64,000 nucleotides of DNA, from positions 62,001 through 126,000 of the forward strand of contig JAQGDQ010000604.1 of assembly GCA_030141605.1 (NCBI GenBank), given 5' to 3'. The translations under genes were made by a program, and so were the position numbers. The notes under the pieces are model-generated. The model saw nothing but the letters and a program-made list of their open reading frames with translations. It made no database searches and was not told where the DNA came from. Below are positions 13,560 through 27,202 of the stretch, in pieces. This DNA is from Tubiluchus corallicola (lineage: Eukaryota; Animalia; Priapulida). Every line of letters begins with the position of its first letter. The first letter of the stretch is position 1.

Positions 13560-14907
13560 TCTAACCTCTACATGTAGCACTTTCACTTTCATTTAAACAC
13601 CTTGCAGCAATGTGTTAATGGCCTTGTTGTAAACCTTTTCATTTAACTTTTACTCAATATACTACTTATAGTATTACTTTATTTATAGCTTTTCTGCCAT
13701 TACTCGTTACTCTCCGTACATTATCTTACCAATAAATTCTTATAAGAGCTCTTAATCTCCTGCTTATTTAATGTACGTTTGATAGGTTCAAGCTGCGAGG
13801 AATGGCTCACTATTTTGTGAAAACAATCTTAGCACAGCGTCCCATGCCAGGGGTTGAGATCACTCAGAGACGCCATCCGTCGCCGGGAGAGTAGGTTAGT
13901 TCACAACTTAACTTGACTGACCCTCCTAGAACTCTATGTTTACCTTTTACTTTTACGCTGCAACTTGGGAACTCTGGGCGCTAGATGTCACTAGTGCCTA
14001 TCTATTGCTACTTAAGCTCTAATATAGTTCGGCTGGCTCTTTACTAAACATTTCCATTATTTTCGAATCAAGCCTCTAGATTAAATTTCCCATTAATCTT
14101 CTAGGTCATTTTAATATATTCATCGTGCAGACACTCGTTGCCCATTTCGCTAAACACTTCCTTAATAGGGCGACCAGCGTTTCCAAACGCTGAGCCACCT
14201 CACAGTTTTAACAGAGCCGATCTCTCTGCTAACTGCCATGCCCTCGGGGGCTACTAAGCTATTATCTTTATTACTGAGTATTCTATTCCTACTTACTACA
14301 GCAATAATTCTCCCTGTTCTCGCATTCTCACGACTTTTACTACTGTTTACCATCTTGCAATTTTTACAACCATTTTCACTAGTTAATTTCCTATCATTCG
14401 CAGCGCCGCCTATCTCCTTCAAATAAGCTTCGCTCCGGACGGGGGAGACGGCCCGTCGGGAGCCTAATGGTTTAACTGACGGCCTACTCCGGCAGGCCGA
14501 AGCCACTGCCTGAGGGCTGGTCCATTTCTGGGAGGATTTCTTCCCACCGGATACTGTTTACCCTGGCGGTTCTCGGGAACCGTTTTCCTATTCTCAGGGG
14601 GACCTTGTTCAGGTCCTTTAGTAACTCGGGGAAGTAGTTGGCACACTGGGCCTTCGCTCTCTAATTCAGAGCCTATTTGGTCGCTCTCCATGGGCGTCTC
14701 CACTCGCAGGTGATGCGCCACATGTCGACTCTTTAATCTCGTAATCTCATGATTATTCTCATCCTCCCTTTTCTTCTGCCTCTGATTCTTTAAAAATGTT
14801 ACAAATTGAGACCAATTCATTCTCTCTACCAGAGGGTTTTCCTCAGTTCTCAACAAGCCTGAGCTAATAACAGGAGGGTTCGACATATTTTTCGCAACTA
14901 GGCGCAA
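13560..14907 (-). pseudogene. gag: Decayed gag-like region
   Basis: Lies just downstream of the PBS; overlapping 147- and 114-aa ORFs; zinc-knuckle-like remnant QQGH*HIAARC at ~13595-13630. Confidence 0.45.
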
Positions 14908-15241
14908 TTAACAAAATTCTCTTCAATACAATAACTCGGCTGTTAACACCTTTGACAATACAAAAACCACTCACCAATTGGTTGAGGGGGTTCCAACGTC
15001 GTTCTGGTGCTGCCTTCAGATCCGTTACCAGGGCGGTAATTACTTTCCAATTGTCGAATATCCTCAAGGCTTGTTCTAACTTTCACTCTCAGTTCTCCGT
15101 TGCGGTTGTTTATAGTCGTGATTCCTCTGAGAATAACGTACTTATCGTATATACAAGTTCACAATGTTTACAAAATTCCGAACCTTAATTAAAGTTACAA
15201 AATATTGCAAGTACTAAATAGCAAAACACTAAAATCCGCTA

Positions 15242-15252
15242 TCACGGCACCA
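15242..15252 (-). promoter_or_regulatory. Primer binding site, tRNA-His
   Basis: Minus-strand TGGTGCCGTGA(TAGCGGATT) is complementary to the tRNA-His 3' end ...UCACGGCACCA. Confidence 0.8.
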
Positions 15253-16523
15253 GTTATCACCTTCTAATTTTCAAATGCCTAATGTTTCTGTTAATCTAGA
15301 TCGTATAGTGTAAGGTGACTTAAATCTATGTATCGTATAGATTGAATTTTAATGTGTTCGCTTAACTCCTAAATGCTATAAGGTGAATCCTTCACCTGAC
15401 TCCGAGAGCTTTGGATATCAGTCTAGTAAGCAATGATCGTCTTATCTAAACTTCACCTTGACCTTCGCGTTGTGAGAAAGGTCTATATCTCTCAAGTTTC
15501 CTAGCTATGTCCCCGCAATATGGACGATAGTTAATACAAAGCGAACTAATCAGATTCGTATATCGGAAATAGTGTTGCTTGAGTTAAACACTGATAATAT
15601 ACATTAACTCAATTGTTAAATGTCCAAGAGAATTGTTTTATTGATTTACAATAATTACTGCTTAAGTATATCTTACAAGATTTAGTCCTTAAGCGCTTTT
15701 GACGCTCACAACTATTTTGTTAGCTTCTCAAAAGTACCTCTCTGAACAATTCTTACACTTATTCTCACTATAGTACAATGTGAACTTATAAGAACTACTA
15801 ACGATATGCACAGTTAATTCTCAGTTTTACCAATATGTTAAGAGTACTTAACTCTGCGGAGTTGACCCAATGTATAATACAATTTGGTCAATTCCGATAG
15901 CTGATACAAGATTTCTCGTCGGCTCAGTGCCCAGATTATCCTAGGAACGCAGAAAGATGTCTACGCTGAACTTCAGGAGTTGTCTTGTTGATCGAATCGC
16001 CTTCTGTGTGTTTTACCGTACACACAGCACGTGTCTCCTCCAATACGATCGGGTGGAACGAGCGCTGGGTTATTCGAACCCGGGGCTTATATTTCATTGA
16101 GGTAACCTTGCAGTAACCTTGCACAATTTCTGCGTCGTATGAAGCAACAAAATTTATGGGACAAGTTTTGAAGACGCAGTCATTATACGCCCGTAAAACG
16201 TATCCGTGTTCTTTCTTCAAAAACCAACGACCTCGCAGAGTTTTGTTAATTACTAGCAATCTGTGCATAACGCTCATTATGAACGGTACATCCGTCTCGA
16301 CTTAATGTTAGCTAATTATCTTAAGCATCTTAGAGTGTCCTGACGTAAACGCTATTCTTAGTTCTGACATCCTACGCAGTTTACAGTTCATTAAATCCGG
16401 GCTTTTCAGCTGAGTGAGTTCCTTATCGCACGATCTGTAAATTTATTCATGCAATCAGGGAGGCAGGCAACCTTATACCAAAATATCGAAAATCATCGAT
16501 TTATAAATTTATTCACCACAACT
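15252..16523 (-). repeat. 5' LTR
   Basis: Minus-strand termini AGTTGT...ATAACT; last T shared with the PBS TGG. Confidence 0.9.
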
Positions 16524-18146
16524 TGCTTTAACTCTCTTTGGCTTGCTTTAACTCTCTTTTGCCTTGCTTTTCTCTCTTTGACTTACTTTAACTCCCTTTG
16601 ACTTGCTTTAACTTTCTTTTGACTTACTTTAACTCCCTTTGATTTGCTTTAACTTTCTTTTGACTTGCTTTAACTCCCTTTGACTTGCTTTAACTTTCTT
16701 TGACTTGCTTTAACTCTCTTTTGCCTTGCTTTTACGCTCTTCGACTTGCTTTTCTCTCTTTGACTTGCTTTTCTCTCTTTGACTTGCTTTAACTCCCTTT
16801 GGCTTGCTTTTACTCTCTTTGACATGCTTTAACACTCTTTGACTTGCTTTAACTCCCTTTGACTTGCTTTAACTCTCTTTGACTTGCTTTAACTCTCCTT
16901 TGACTTGCTTTAACTCTCTTTGACTTGCTTTAACTCCCTTTGACTTGCTTTTCTCTCTTTGACTTGCTTTTCTCTCTTTGACTTGCTTTAACTCCCTTTG
17001 ACTTGCTTTTCTCTCTTTGACTTGCTTTAACTCCCTTTGACTTGCTTTTACTCTCTTTGACTTGCTTTAACTCTCTTTGACTTGCTTTAACTCTCTTTTG
17101 CCTTGCTTTTACTCTCTTTGACTTGCTTTAACTCCCTTTGACTTGCTTTTACTCTCTTTGACTTGCTTTAACTCCCGTTGACTTGCTTTTCTCTCTTTGA
17201 CTTGCTTTTCTCTCTTTGACTTGCTTTAACTCTCTTTTGACTTGCTTTTACTCTCTTTGACTTGCTTTTACTCTCTTTGACTTGCTTTAACTCCCTTTGA
17301 CTTGCTTTTACTCTCTTTGACTTGCTTTAACTCTCTTTTGACTTGCTTTAACTCCCGTTGACTTGCTTTTCTCTCTTTGACTTGCTTTTCTCTCTTTGAC
17401 TTGCTTTAACTCTCTTTTGACTTGCTTTTACTCTCTTTGACTTGCTTTAACTCTCTTTGACTTGCTTTAACTCCCTTTGACTTGCTTTTCTCTCTTTGAC
17501 TTGCTTTAACTCTCTTTTGACTTGCTTTTACTCTCTTTGACTTGCTTTAACTCCCGTTGACTTGCTTTTCTCTCTTTGACTTGCTTTTCTCTCTTTGACT
17601 TGCTTTAACTCTCTTTTGACTTGCTTTTACTCTCTTTGACTTGCTTTAACTCTCTTTGACATGCTTTAACTCTCTTTGACTTGCTTTAACTCCCTTTGAC
17701 TTGCTTTTACTCTCTTTGACTTGCTTTAACTCCCTTTGACTTGCTTTTCTCTCTTTGACTTGCTTTAACTCCCTTTGACTTGCTTTTCTCTCTTTGACTT
17801 GCTTTTCTCTCTTTGACTTGCTTTAACTCCCTTTGACTTGCTTTTACTCTCTTTGACTTGCTTTAACTCTCTTTGACTTGCTTTAACTCTCTTTTGCCTT
17901 GCTTTTACTCTCTTTGACTTGCTTTAACTCCCTTTGACTTGCTTTTACTCTCTTTGACTTGCTTTAACTCCCGTTGACTTGCTTTTCTCTCTTTGACTTG
18001 CTTTTCTCTCTTTGACTTGCTTTAACTCTCTTTTGACTTGCTTTAACTCCCTTTGACTTGCTTTTCTCTCTTTGACTTGCTTTAACTCCCTTTGACTTGC
18101 TTTACTCTCTTTGACTTGCTTTAACTCCCTTTGACTTGCTTTACTC
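16521..18146. repeat. Minisatellite, ~20-bp unit GACTTGCTTTAACTCTCTTT x~80
   Basis: Direct reading; abuts the LTR end. Confidence 0.95.
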
Positions 18147-19139
18147 TCCGTTAGCATTATAATAAACATCCAACTTGTTAGATCTATTCATGATCGACTT
18201 TATTTATAAATTAATAAAAAAATCTCACAAATAAAACACAAACCACGAATATTTTATCATAAGACGAAAAAGTAAAAAAGGAGAATATTGTGCATTATTT
18301 CTATGTGTGAATAATGTAAATAACCAAAAAAATGGTATCAGTGGTTTTTCCTCTTTTCGTTTTTTCATTTTTTCACCTGATGAAAAACCACATTGATACA
18401 AAAATCCAGGTAAGAAAGTCACAGATATAAGAAATAACCCCAAACCTAATCCCTAATGCTGGACATAATTAATTGAGAATTTTTTCCTGTGATTTTTTCC
18501 ATGCCAAATTTTTGACTTTTTTGCGTCACCTTTTTCCTCTGACCTTATAACCATATACCAGTCCAAAAAATCCTTTTCATTGTTTAAACAGTGAGATGTA
18601 TTGATTATCCCAACTCTTGCCAGTAGGAATTAAGTTTGTATTGTTCGTGGATTTATTTAGCTATAATAATACTTGCTTAGTACAAATAGTCGTCCATTTG
18701 TAAAGTAATGGCAGCTATTGCTGTACGCTGTTCGTCACGCTGTACAAATTCTTCAGTAAGCATCGCAGCTCAAATGTATGTTATGGAGGTAAGGTACACC
18801 TTTTGTATATATTTAGACTTCAGTATTATGCAATAATGAACGCTAATCTTAAAGAATTTTAAGATACTTTTCTTTCAACTCTTTTTTCATGACTAAACAT
18901 ACATTTTATCCACTTTTGCTAGCTACAAGCGGAAAATTAATTTTTCTTCTTAATTTGGCTCTAGGTCCTTATAACATTAATTTTAAATACGTAATGGTTA
19001 AATTATTATTTAAAGATAGTCACGTGTGTCTCTTCTTTCCCATTATTGAACATTATTTTATTATAAACTAACACATTCGTATAATAATTCAATTTTCATT
19101 CGTCTTAAATGCAAAATCTGATAATTTTTAATTACCTGG

Positions 19140-19857
<718 letters not shown>

Positions 19858-19886
19858 ATTGCAAATTTATTTTCATTTTTTCCTAG

Positions 19887-20078
19887 ATTCCAAGCTTGAG
19901 TGCGACTGTGATCTGATGTGGGCAGTAGAAACTGAGTGGTGGCGATTCATGGTCCATTGCTATAAGTCATGGGGTGCCAATATACGATGGAAACCGGCAA
20001 ATTATCCCGTTTGTGATTCCAATGAAACAAATGAAACTTTTATTCTTAGCAGAGGCTGTAGATCAGTGTCAGTGAATG
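19887..20078 (+). pseudogene. Cys/Trp-rich exon-like segment of an unidentified, possibly dead, gene
   Basis: Strong acceptor TTTTTTCCTAG; open frame SKLECDCDLMWAVETEWWRFMVHCYKSWGANIRWKPANYPVC (CxCxLxW is LRRCT-like); donor unclear. Confidence 0.35.
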
Positions 20079-20164
20079 GCGTGTTTTTATTGACCTTACC
20101 CGTACTTCTCTTCCTTTGAGTTGAAATACTAGAAATGATTCATTTTGGTATTTTACAGTCACAA

Positions 20165-20575
20165 CTTTATGTTCATCAATAAATTATAAATTCAATAACT
20201 TGATGCTCATCAATAAATCATAAGATCAATAACTTTATGTTCATCAATAAATCATAAGATCAATAACTTTATGCTCATCAATAAATCATAAGATCAATAA
20301 CTTTATGCTCATCAATAAATCGTAACATCAATAACTTTATGCTCATCAATAAATCATAACATCAATAACTTTATGCTCATCAATAAATCATAAGATCAAT
20401 AACTTTGTGCTCATCAATAAATCATAAGATCAATAACTTTATGCTCATCAATAAATCATAACATCAGTAACTTTATTGCTCATCAATAAATCATAAGATC
20501 AATAACGTTATGCTCATCAATAAATCATAAGATCAATAACTTTATGCTCATCAATAAATCATAACATCAATAAAT
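20165..20575. repeat. Minisatellite, 34-bp unit x~12
   Basis: AATAACTTTATGCTCATCAATAAATCATAAGATC repeated. Confidence 0.92.
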
Positions 20576-21828
20576 TAAGTAAACAATAATTTTCGTTTGT
20601 TTGTTTTCTACTGCTCATAAGCATGATCAGACCGGAACGGTTTCTCATTCCAAGAATGAAGGCAAGAACGGAAGTACGGAAGAAGAACTTCTTCTTGCTC
20701 AGTTTTTGTCCGTCACGCATTTTTACTACAGCACACAGGCTGAGCTCAGCATTGCTTAACTTCTACCATTAGTATATGGCAGTGGGCAGAATGGGTTAAA
20801 AATTTCTATGTGGAAAACTCGTTAAAGGACCCAGTTACAAGGGCTGCACGTCGTTTTAGTAGGAATTTTCTACGTTGTGCTGGTTGCTCTTGTAATATGT
20901 GTTCCTAGGTCTAATGGGGTGGCAGCACAATCTCTGATTAGTGACCAAAGTTGACGTCACCACGTCTGGCTAATTAATGGATACATGACCTGCAGGAAAA
21001 TTGCTTCTAAGCATTTTCATCTCCCATACTGCCAAGCACAAAAGATTTAATAAAGAGCAGTAACCATAAATTCTTGCTTTTAAGAAAAATGCTCTCCCCA
21101 AACGGTAGGGGTGAGTAAACTCCTTCAAAAATCGAATTCAAATCGAATCGAATTTCAAGATTTCGAATTCGAATCGATTTTGAATTCATTACTAACCATT
21201 TTCGAATCAAATTTCGAATAATGTATACAAAAATCTAAATTTATTTGCGGTGTGTTGGTAAGCAATTGTAAAAAATAAAGAAATGTAGATTTCACAAAAT
21301 ATGATTCGTAGTTTTGTATACAAGTGCAACTTTATATTATATCAGTTTATGTATTATAGACGACACTATAGAAAAGCAGTTTGTGAAATAACAGTAAGCC
21401 TGTACAAGCCAGTCAATGAAAATATTTATGATGTGAATTACATATAAATATACATAGCTGTTACTCAAAAGCCATCCCCGTACGGATACACCATCATTGA
21501 AGATGAGACGTTCCAAGCGGCATAAGCATGTAATTGACTGCTTTTATGTCAAATAAGAGGCCAAGCTATTCTTTGTAAATAAAATAATTTGAATGATTAA
21601 ACACACAGCTTATGGTGATTCTATCTTTTACTATGTTGGGTTAACAGTGGTGCTTATAATTTATAAATTTACTACAGTACAAACAAATTACCTGCTTTAA
21701 ATTTTAATTCTGTTCTTTATTGGAAAACAGTTTACAAGTGTACACAAAGATACTACTTAGTTGCGCAGCTGTTGTGTTTAGTTTCTCTCGGAAGGCTCGT
21801 AGAGAAAACCAGAAAACACTTCAAATAT

Positions 21829-21984
21829 TGACGCAGTCGACAGGATCCTTGGTAACTCAGTGGACGGTTGTTTATTCAAGCAATGATGACCGAGCAGATG
21901 GGCGAATTTATCAAGCTCCTCCGCCAACAGATGGATCAGCAGCAAAACAAACGATTTAACATTGTCGATTACAATTCAGATTAG
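21829..21984 (+). mobile_element. Truncated Gypsy-like fragment (degenerate tRNA-Ser PBS plus gag-like start)
   Basis: TGACGCAGTCGACAGGATC resembles TGGCG(T/C)AGTCGGCAGGATT, shortly after ...ACTTCA; followed by MMTEQMGEFIKLLRQQMDQQQ. Confidence 0.4.
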
Positions 21985-23539
21985 TACTGACTTAAAAAAT
22001 AACAGGTTTAAAATGTCTTCTGTTGAAAAAATGATGAAGATTTTGACTTTTGCAGTAGCATAAGAATCTCGTACATAGATCTGACACGTAGTGACTAATA
22101 AAAAAATTAGACGATAAATTATGGAAAAGCAAAACAATACCTTTTGTGGCTCGTGTGTTTATTAATGCTAGTTGGACTGCGGGAGTACTCCAAACCTATG
22201 AACCGTTTTCGTTTTACAATTATGCCACGGCTTTGCTTGAAGTGCAAGGGCTGGGAGTTTTGTCCAAATTTATTCATTAATCCCATTATATGCAAGCAGT
22301 AACTGGCTCAAGCATGGGTTACAACGAAAAGTCGTGGGGTAGTCCAAAAACTATTTTTAAAAGACGCTCTTTTCATGAAAAGTATGTAAGTAGGTCTTGT
22401 TTCCACAGTTTCTCGTTACAAATTTTGTTCTGGAAAATGAAACAGCGTTTTCCCGCTTTAAATGCGGTACACCAGTGTTTGATTTTCTTCGAAAATAAAA
22501 ATTCGCGTTGTTCTGTACAGCGCACACCGTCCGAAAACGTGTCGCTATTCATTTTAATTTCTTAATTTTACGTGGGTTCTCCTTAGATACCTATTGCATT
22601 GCATTACTGGTCGCTGAGAAACAGGCGCAACACACTACATGAATGAATCAATGAAACAATCACTCATTGTTCAATGATTTGTTGAATAGAAAGTTAAAAT
22701 TAATAAACGAAAACGATAATGATGTTTAATAGTACAACATGCGATTATATTCTTCGTGGGGTCGCGATTTGATGCAGGGACATGGAAAAGGGGGCACCGT
22801 CAACAAAAGGTTGTGAACCCCGGGGCTAAAGCGAAACGGAGATACATACAGCAGCAACTGAAAGTCCTTGCGTTGCTGGTACCTTTTTTCTACACAGGTG
22901 CCTTGGGTTACAGAAATTGGAGAAAAAGAGCAGGAGACCAAAGTTCTAAATCTGTTTGATGTAGACACCTGTGTAGTTGCTACTCTTTAATGCTGCTTTT
23001 TAATTCTTGCCCTGTCACGGGAAGCTGCTTATTGGACAATAAATACTACTTAAATTAAAATTTTATTATAATAGTAACAAGAAAGAACGTCGTGTGCTTG
23101 GTAATAGTGCATCAAAATGTCACTTTTGTTAAAATTATAGTTGCTCTTTATTTTTGCAATGGGTAATGGCCCAATTCTTCACTAGATAGAGTGTAGTTGT
23201 GTGTTAGCGTTGTTAATTACAGTAAAATAATGTTAATACAAATTATAGCACAAATTTTACTATGAGGTATACCGAAATTCAAATAATTTTGCTTTGTCAT
23301 ATTTTCAGTGGTTTGAAGCCTAATATTGCTTCTGTAGTTCAAAATAAGGGTCGATTATTCAATCGTGCCTAAAACTCTTCCAAATTCACAGTAGGGTGAT
23401 TATCTTATGCATTGCTCAGTAGAAACTGTTTTTATTATCAAATGTCGAGACGTTTCTGTCTTGCTGTATTGTTATACCCTCATGATTAGAGGTTAATCGA
23501 GTACATTAATAGAAACCCCACATTTTTCACAAAATAATT

Positions 23540-23990
23540 GTCGATTTTACTATTATATTTGGTGTGGCAGTCTCCATTACAAGCAGATTATTCCATTCAT
23601 TTACCACTCTCACTATAAATGAATATTTACGAATGGCAAGACGCTTTTTAAACAGCTTTAAACTATGTCCGCTAGTTTTAGAACCAACAAAAACAATTAA
23701 TTAAAGACTTTTTCAGGTAAAATGTGTCTTTTCTAGTTTTTATAAACCTCAGCACAATTCCACGGTGTTTTTAAATTTAAGACCTTTCCAAATTATGTCA
23801 GATTTTTACAACCGAATTATTTTTGTAACACGCCTTTGTACACCTTCCGTAAGTAATATTTCTTTCTGATAACGGGGATTCCAAAGTTGCACACAGCCAC
23901 ACACTATTCTAGATGAGGTATAACAAAATCAGTGTATAATTTTGATTATTATAACTTTTTTATTTCTCGAAACTATGTGCTTCTTTATAT
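23540..23990 (-). mobile_element. CR1-type LINE ORF2 C-terminal fragment
   Basis: Minus-strand peptides KLYTDFVIPHLE*...QLWNP and TSGHSLKLFKK...RKYSFIVRVVNEWNNL match CR1 ORF2 motifs. Confidence 0.7.
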
Positions 23991-24002
23991 TATTATTACA
24001 GT

Positions 24003-24240
24003 GCGCGGTAAATTTGATACGAGAAAGTTTGGTACAGGAAGTTTGGTACGGCAATTTTGGTACGAGGAAATTTTGGTATCAGGAAAATTTGGTACTAGGA
24101 ATTTTTAGTACTCGATAGTTTTCGTACGGGTAAATTGGTTACTTTCATCTTTAGGTAGAAGGAAGTTTTAGTACTAGGAAAATACGGTACGAAGAAAATT
24201 TTATACTGAGAAAGTTTGGCACTGGAAAATTTGTTACTAA
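24003..24240. repeat. Degenerate ~15-bp array (AATTTTGGTAC core), transposon-subterminal-like
   Basis: Reverse complement of the unit in 41505-42267. Confidence 0.6.
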
Positions 24241-24279
24241 ATGAAAAAAGAGAGCATCTCTATATCTCGATGTTGATCA

Positions 24280-24589
24280 CCGTAGCCGCCAGGCCAGCTG
24301 GCAGAGGCGCAAGAAAAGCATCGTATTCGACGGCCATTTTGTCTGTTGTGAAGGACGCGCGTACGCCGCATAGCACAAAGCTGTATTGATAATGCTCGTC
24401 TGCTTTGACACTAAGACTTGTTTTTTGCATGCTGCATACATTTAAAATAATGAGCTTTTAATTACTGCATATTTAACGCAAAGACGATGTATGTTGCAAA
24501 TTAGGTGGTGCTTATTTCTTTTACTTGTAACGCTTTTCCTATAACTTGACGTAAGTGTATGTCCAAGCGCGTGAATGAGATAAATTCAG
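24280..24589 (+). promoter_or_regulatory. Candidate promoter / non-coding first exon of the PKD1-like gene
   Basis: CpG-rich patch, YY1-like CGGCCATTTT at 24331, strong donor CAG|GTAAGC at 24590; the ATG exon has an acceptor and so needs an upstream exon. Confidence 0.3.
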
Positions 24590-25420
24590 GTAAGCCTTTT
24601 CCTTCCTTGTTAAATTATTAAATTCTTAGTCTTACACTACTGCAAAAACATGGTATCGAGTAGACCTGACGATTAACTAGAACTGTATCCGTCACACTAA
24701 TAGTTCTTTTAAAAGGCCTTGTACAATCCCGTCATTTTGGCTAATTCCATTTTTAAAGTTTCACGGCCTTTAATTTAAAATGTGTCACTTACCACTGTCA
24801 ACTGGGGTGACTTTGATTAATCAGAGTTTCGCCTAATAATGCGTGACACCCTGTTGGGTATAACACTTTCAGAGTTAGCCAGTAGACCACCTGATGTAAA
24901 GAAGATGCCAGACTGATAATTACTTTTTTAAAAAAAACTTGAAATGTGCCATCAATGTCACCACGAGGTTTAGGGCTACTTTGGTCACGTGTCAAAAGTA
25001 TCCTTACTACCGGATCGTTTTTAGAAAAATTAATCAATGATGGCCAAATTATTGCTATATTAGTTATATTAGTTTACTCTTCTGTTTCAAAAAATACTTG
25101 TAAACCGCTTAATTTTTACAATTTTTCCACTGAGCGGCCATTGACTCTACATCTGAGAAGTAATACTGTTTAGAGCAATTAAATTTACCGAGTTGGATTT
25201 CTCTTTTCATTTACCTTGCAAATAAAATAGTCTTACTATATTGGAAACTTCTGCTTAGTTTCAATTCATGTCTGCTAACTTTGGGCACAAAACCTGCAAA
25301 AATCTAGATACAAGGCATAAAAATCTATATAAAAAAATCTTGAAGAAAGTTGCCAGTGATGACAGAGCCAGCCAGTTGACAGTAAATAGTGTCAGTTTAG
25401 ATTTCGATGCCACGCCTGGG

Positions 25421-25570
25421 CAGGGCCTATTTCAGCCTAAGCGAGGCCCGGGGAAGTGGGGTGTGTGAGGTCTCCTCGGGGGGGGGGGGGAGGTAAATTT
25501 TTGAACTGCTAGAACCCCGGGTGAGGCCCCGGGGAAGTATCCCCACTTCCCCCCCTTGAAATAGGCCCTG
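25421..25570. mobile_element. 150-bp hAT MITE
   Basis: Perfect 14-bp TIR CAGGGCCTATTTCA; 8-bp TSD CGCCTGGG/CGCCTGAG. Confidence 0.88.
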
Positions 25571-27202
25571 CGCCTGAGCACTTTAGCACACCAACATTTA
25601 GAAAATAAAGATTTGTTTGTTTTTCCATTTCACCATTACCTCAATAATAAAAGCTAAACAAAATAAAAATGTTTCTTTTCTGTAATGCAAATGTGCAAAC
25701 TGCAGGCAACAAGATGGGCGACCTTTAATTTACTGAAGTTTTCTTGAAAGTTGTATTTCCATACCGTAGCTAAAATGTTTGGCTAATAGAGTTTTCAATT
25801 TTTATCTATTTGCAATTTTAACTTTATATTAAGGTTTGAAATGATTTTAAGTTTGTGACATACTGCATGTCAAATGCCTTATGTGAGTCATTCTCCACAG
25901 AACGTGCAAAATGCGTGTGAAAAAATTTGCTAAATGATAGGCAACATTTTTTTAAAAATACTGTGTCCTGCTATTAATAAGGTCCCCTTGTATATGAAGA
26001 AGATACTGGGAGAGCTTAAGACACTTGCAAAAATCTATTATGTCCATTTTAAAGTCATCCAAATGATTACTTTTGTCATTACTGTTACAGACATGGATAA
26101 AACATATTGTGAAAGTCATGTTTGAAGTTGTAGATCACTCACTTGTAGAACAAGAATAAAAAATCTATAATACATATGTGCACTGCGCAAACAGAAAAGT
26201 GTTTATTAAAACTAAAGACACATGAGTAGATTGACTGCTGCACTGAACACTGAGAATGAGAGTGTCCTGCACTGAACACTGAGAGTTAGAGAGCCTAAAG
26301 AAACATGAGTAGCACGACTGCTGCACTGCACTGAGAGTTAGAGAGTGACTAGAAAGTAAAACAAGTCAGTATATATAGGTATAGGTGTACTATGCAGACT
26401 TGTACAGGCTTCACAAAAACCATTACTGTAAAATAGGGGGAGATCCAGTGAATATGCATTCACTGGACCGTACAACTATACTGGGGGTAAGTAGCTGGTA
26501 GAGTAACAGGATTAGTTCATAGATGGCAGCACCTAATTAAAAATGTCCAACTTCCACACATATACACATCAAGTAGTGTACTAAACTAATTTTCTTATGA
26601 AATACATTTTTTGTCCCTTGCTACAGAGAATTAAAACAATAGGGTTAATAAGTAGCATGTGACTGACCTTTTTCATAAAAGTAACAGGAATGACATTGAA
26701 CATGGAGACACACATCAAATTAAGCAATACTCATATTTGTTGATTCTGAAAGTATTTGAGAAGAATGTATTTGCATTTACTGTACCGTTTAGAATAAAAC
26801 ATGCAAATAAAATTTTTAAATAGATACTACCCTCCATACTACAAAGTTATGAAGACTTTTTTCGAATTGCAGATTTTTTTTTCACTCAAGTCTTGTATAC
26901 AGAATTGTACTGTAGTAATGCTCGGCAGGTGTAAAATGAAGGTTTTCGTATTTAATCGAAACTTCGAAGAAATGAAGGTTCAAAGTTCTAATTAGGATTT
27001 TGTTGTCTCTTTTCTCTGTCTGTGACTCCTATATTGTGTATGAAGAATTTAGGAATCCTTTTTCATATAATTGCAAGTTGAGTCATGCATATCAATCGGA
27101 ATCTTAGTTAACATAGCAAAATTATGTCCTTAACGGTCGGTGAGTCAAAATCGAAGATAATAAACCTTTTCACAGTTCCAGCGATTGATGATGATTGTGA
27201 AA

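Larger units (their letters stand above)
10420..16523 (-). mobile_element. Non-autonomous Gypsy/errantivirus-like LTR element (gag and env remnants, no pol)
   Basis: Two ~1.27-kb direct repeats with about 15 differences by eye; PBS and PPT fix minus orientation; 3.55-kb interior. Confidence 0.9.

Noticed and set aside
18376-18425. CTGATGA...GAAA resembling a hammerhead ribozyme core
   Set aside because: Stems II and III cannot be formed in the required register
19887-20078. LRRCT-like CDCDLMW exon as the N-terminus of the PKD1-like gene, as in human PKD1
   Set aside because: It lies upstream of a convincing ATG/signal-peptide exon with an in-frame upstream stop, and I found no LRR exons; kept only as part of a possible separate pseudogene
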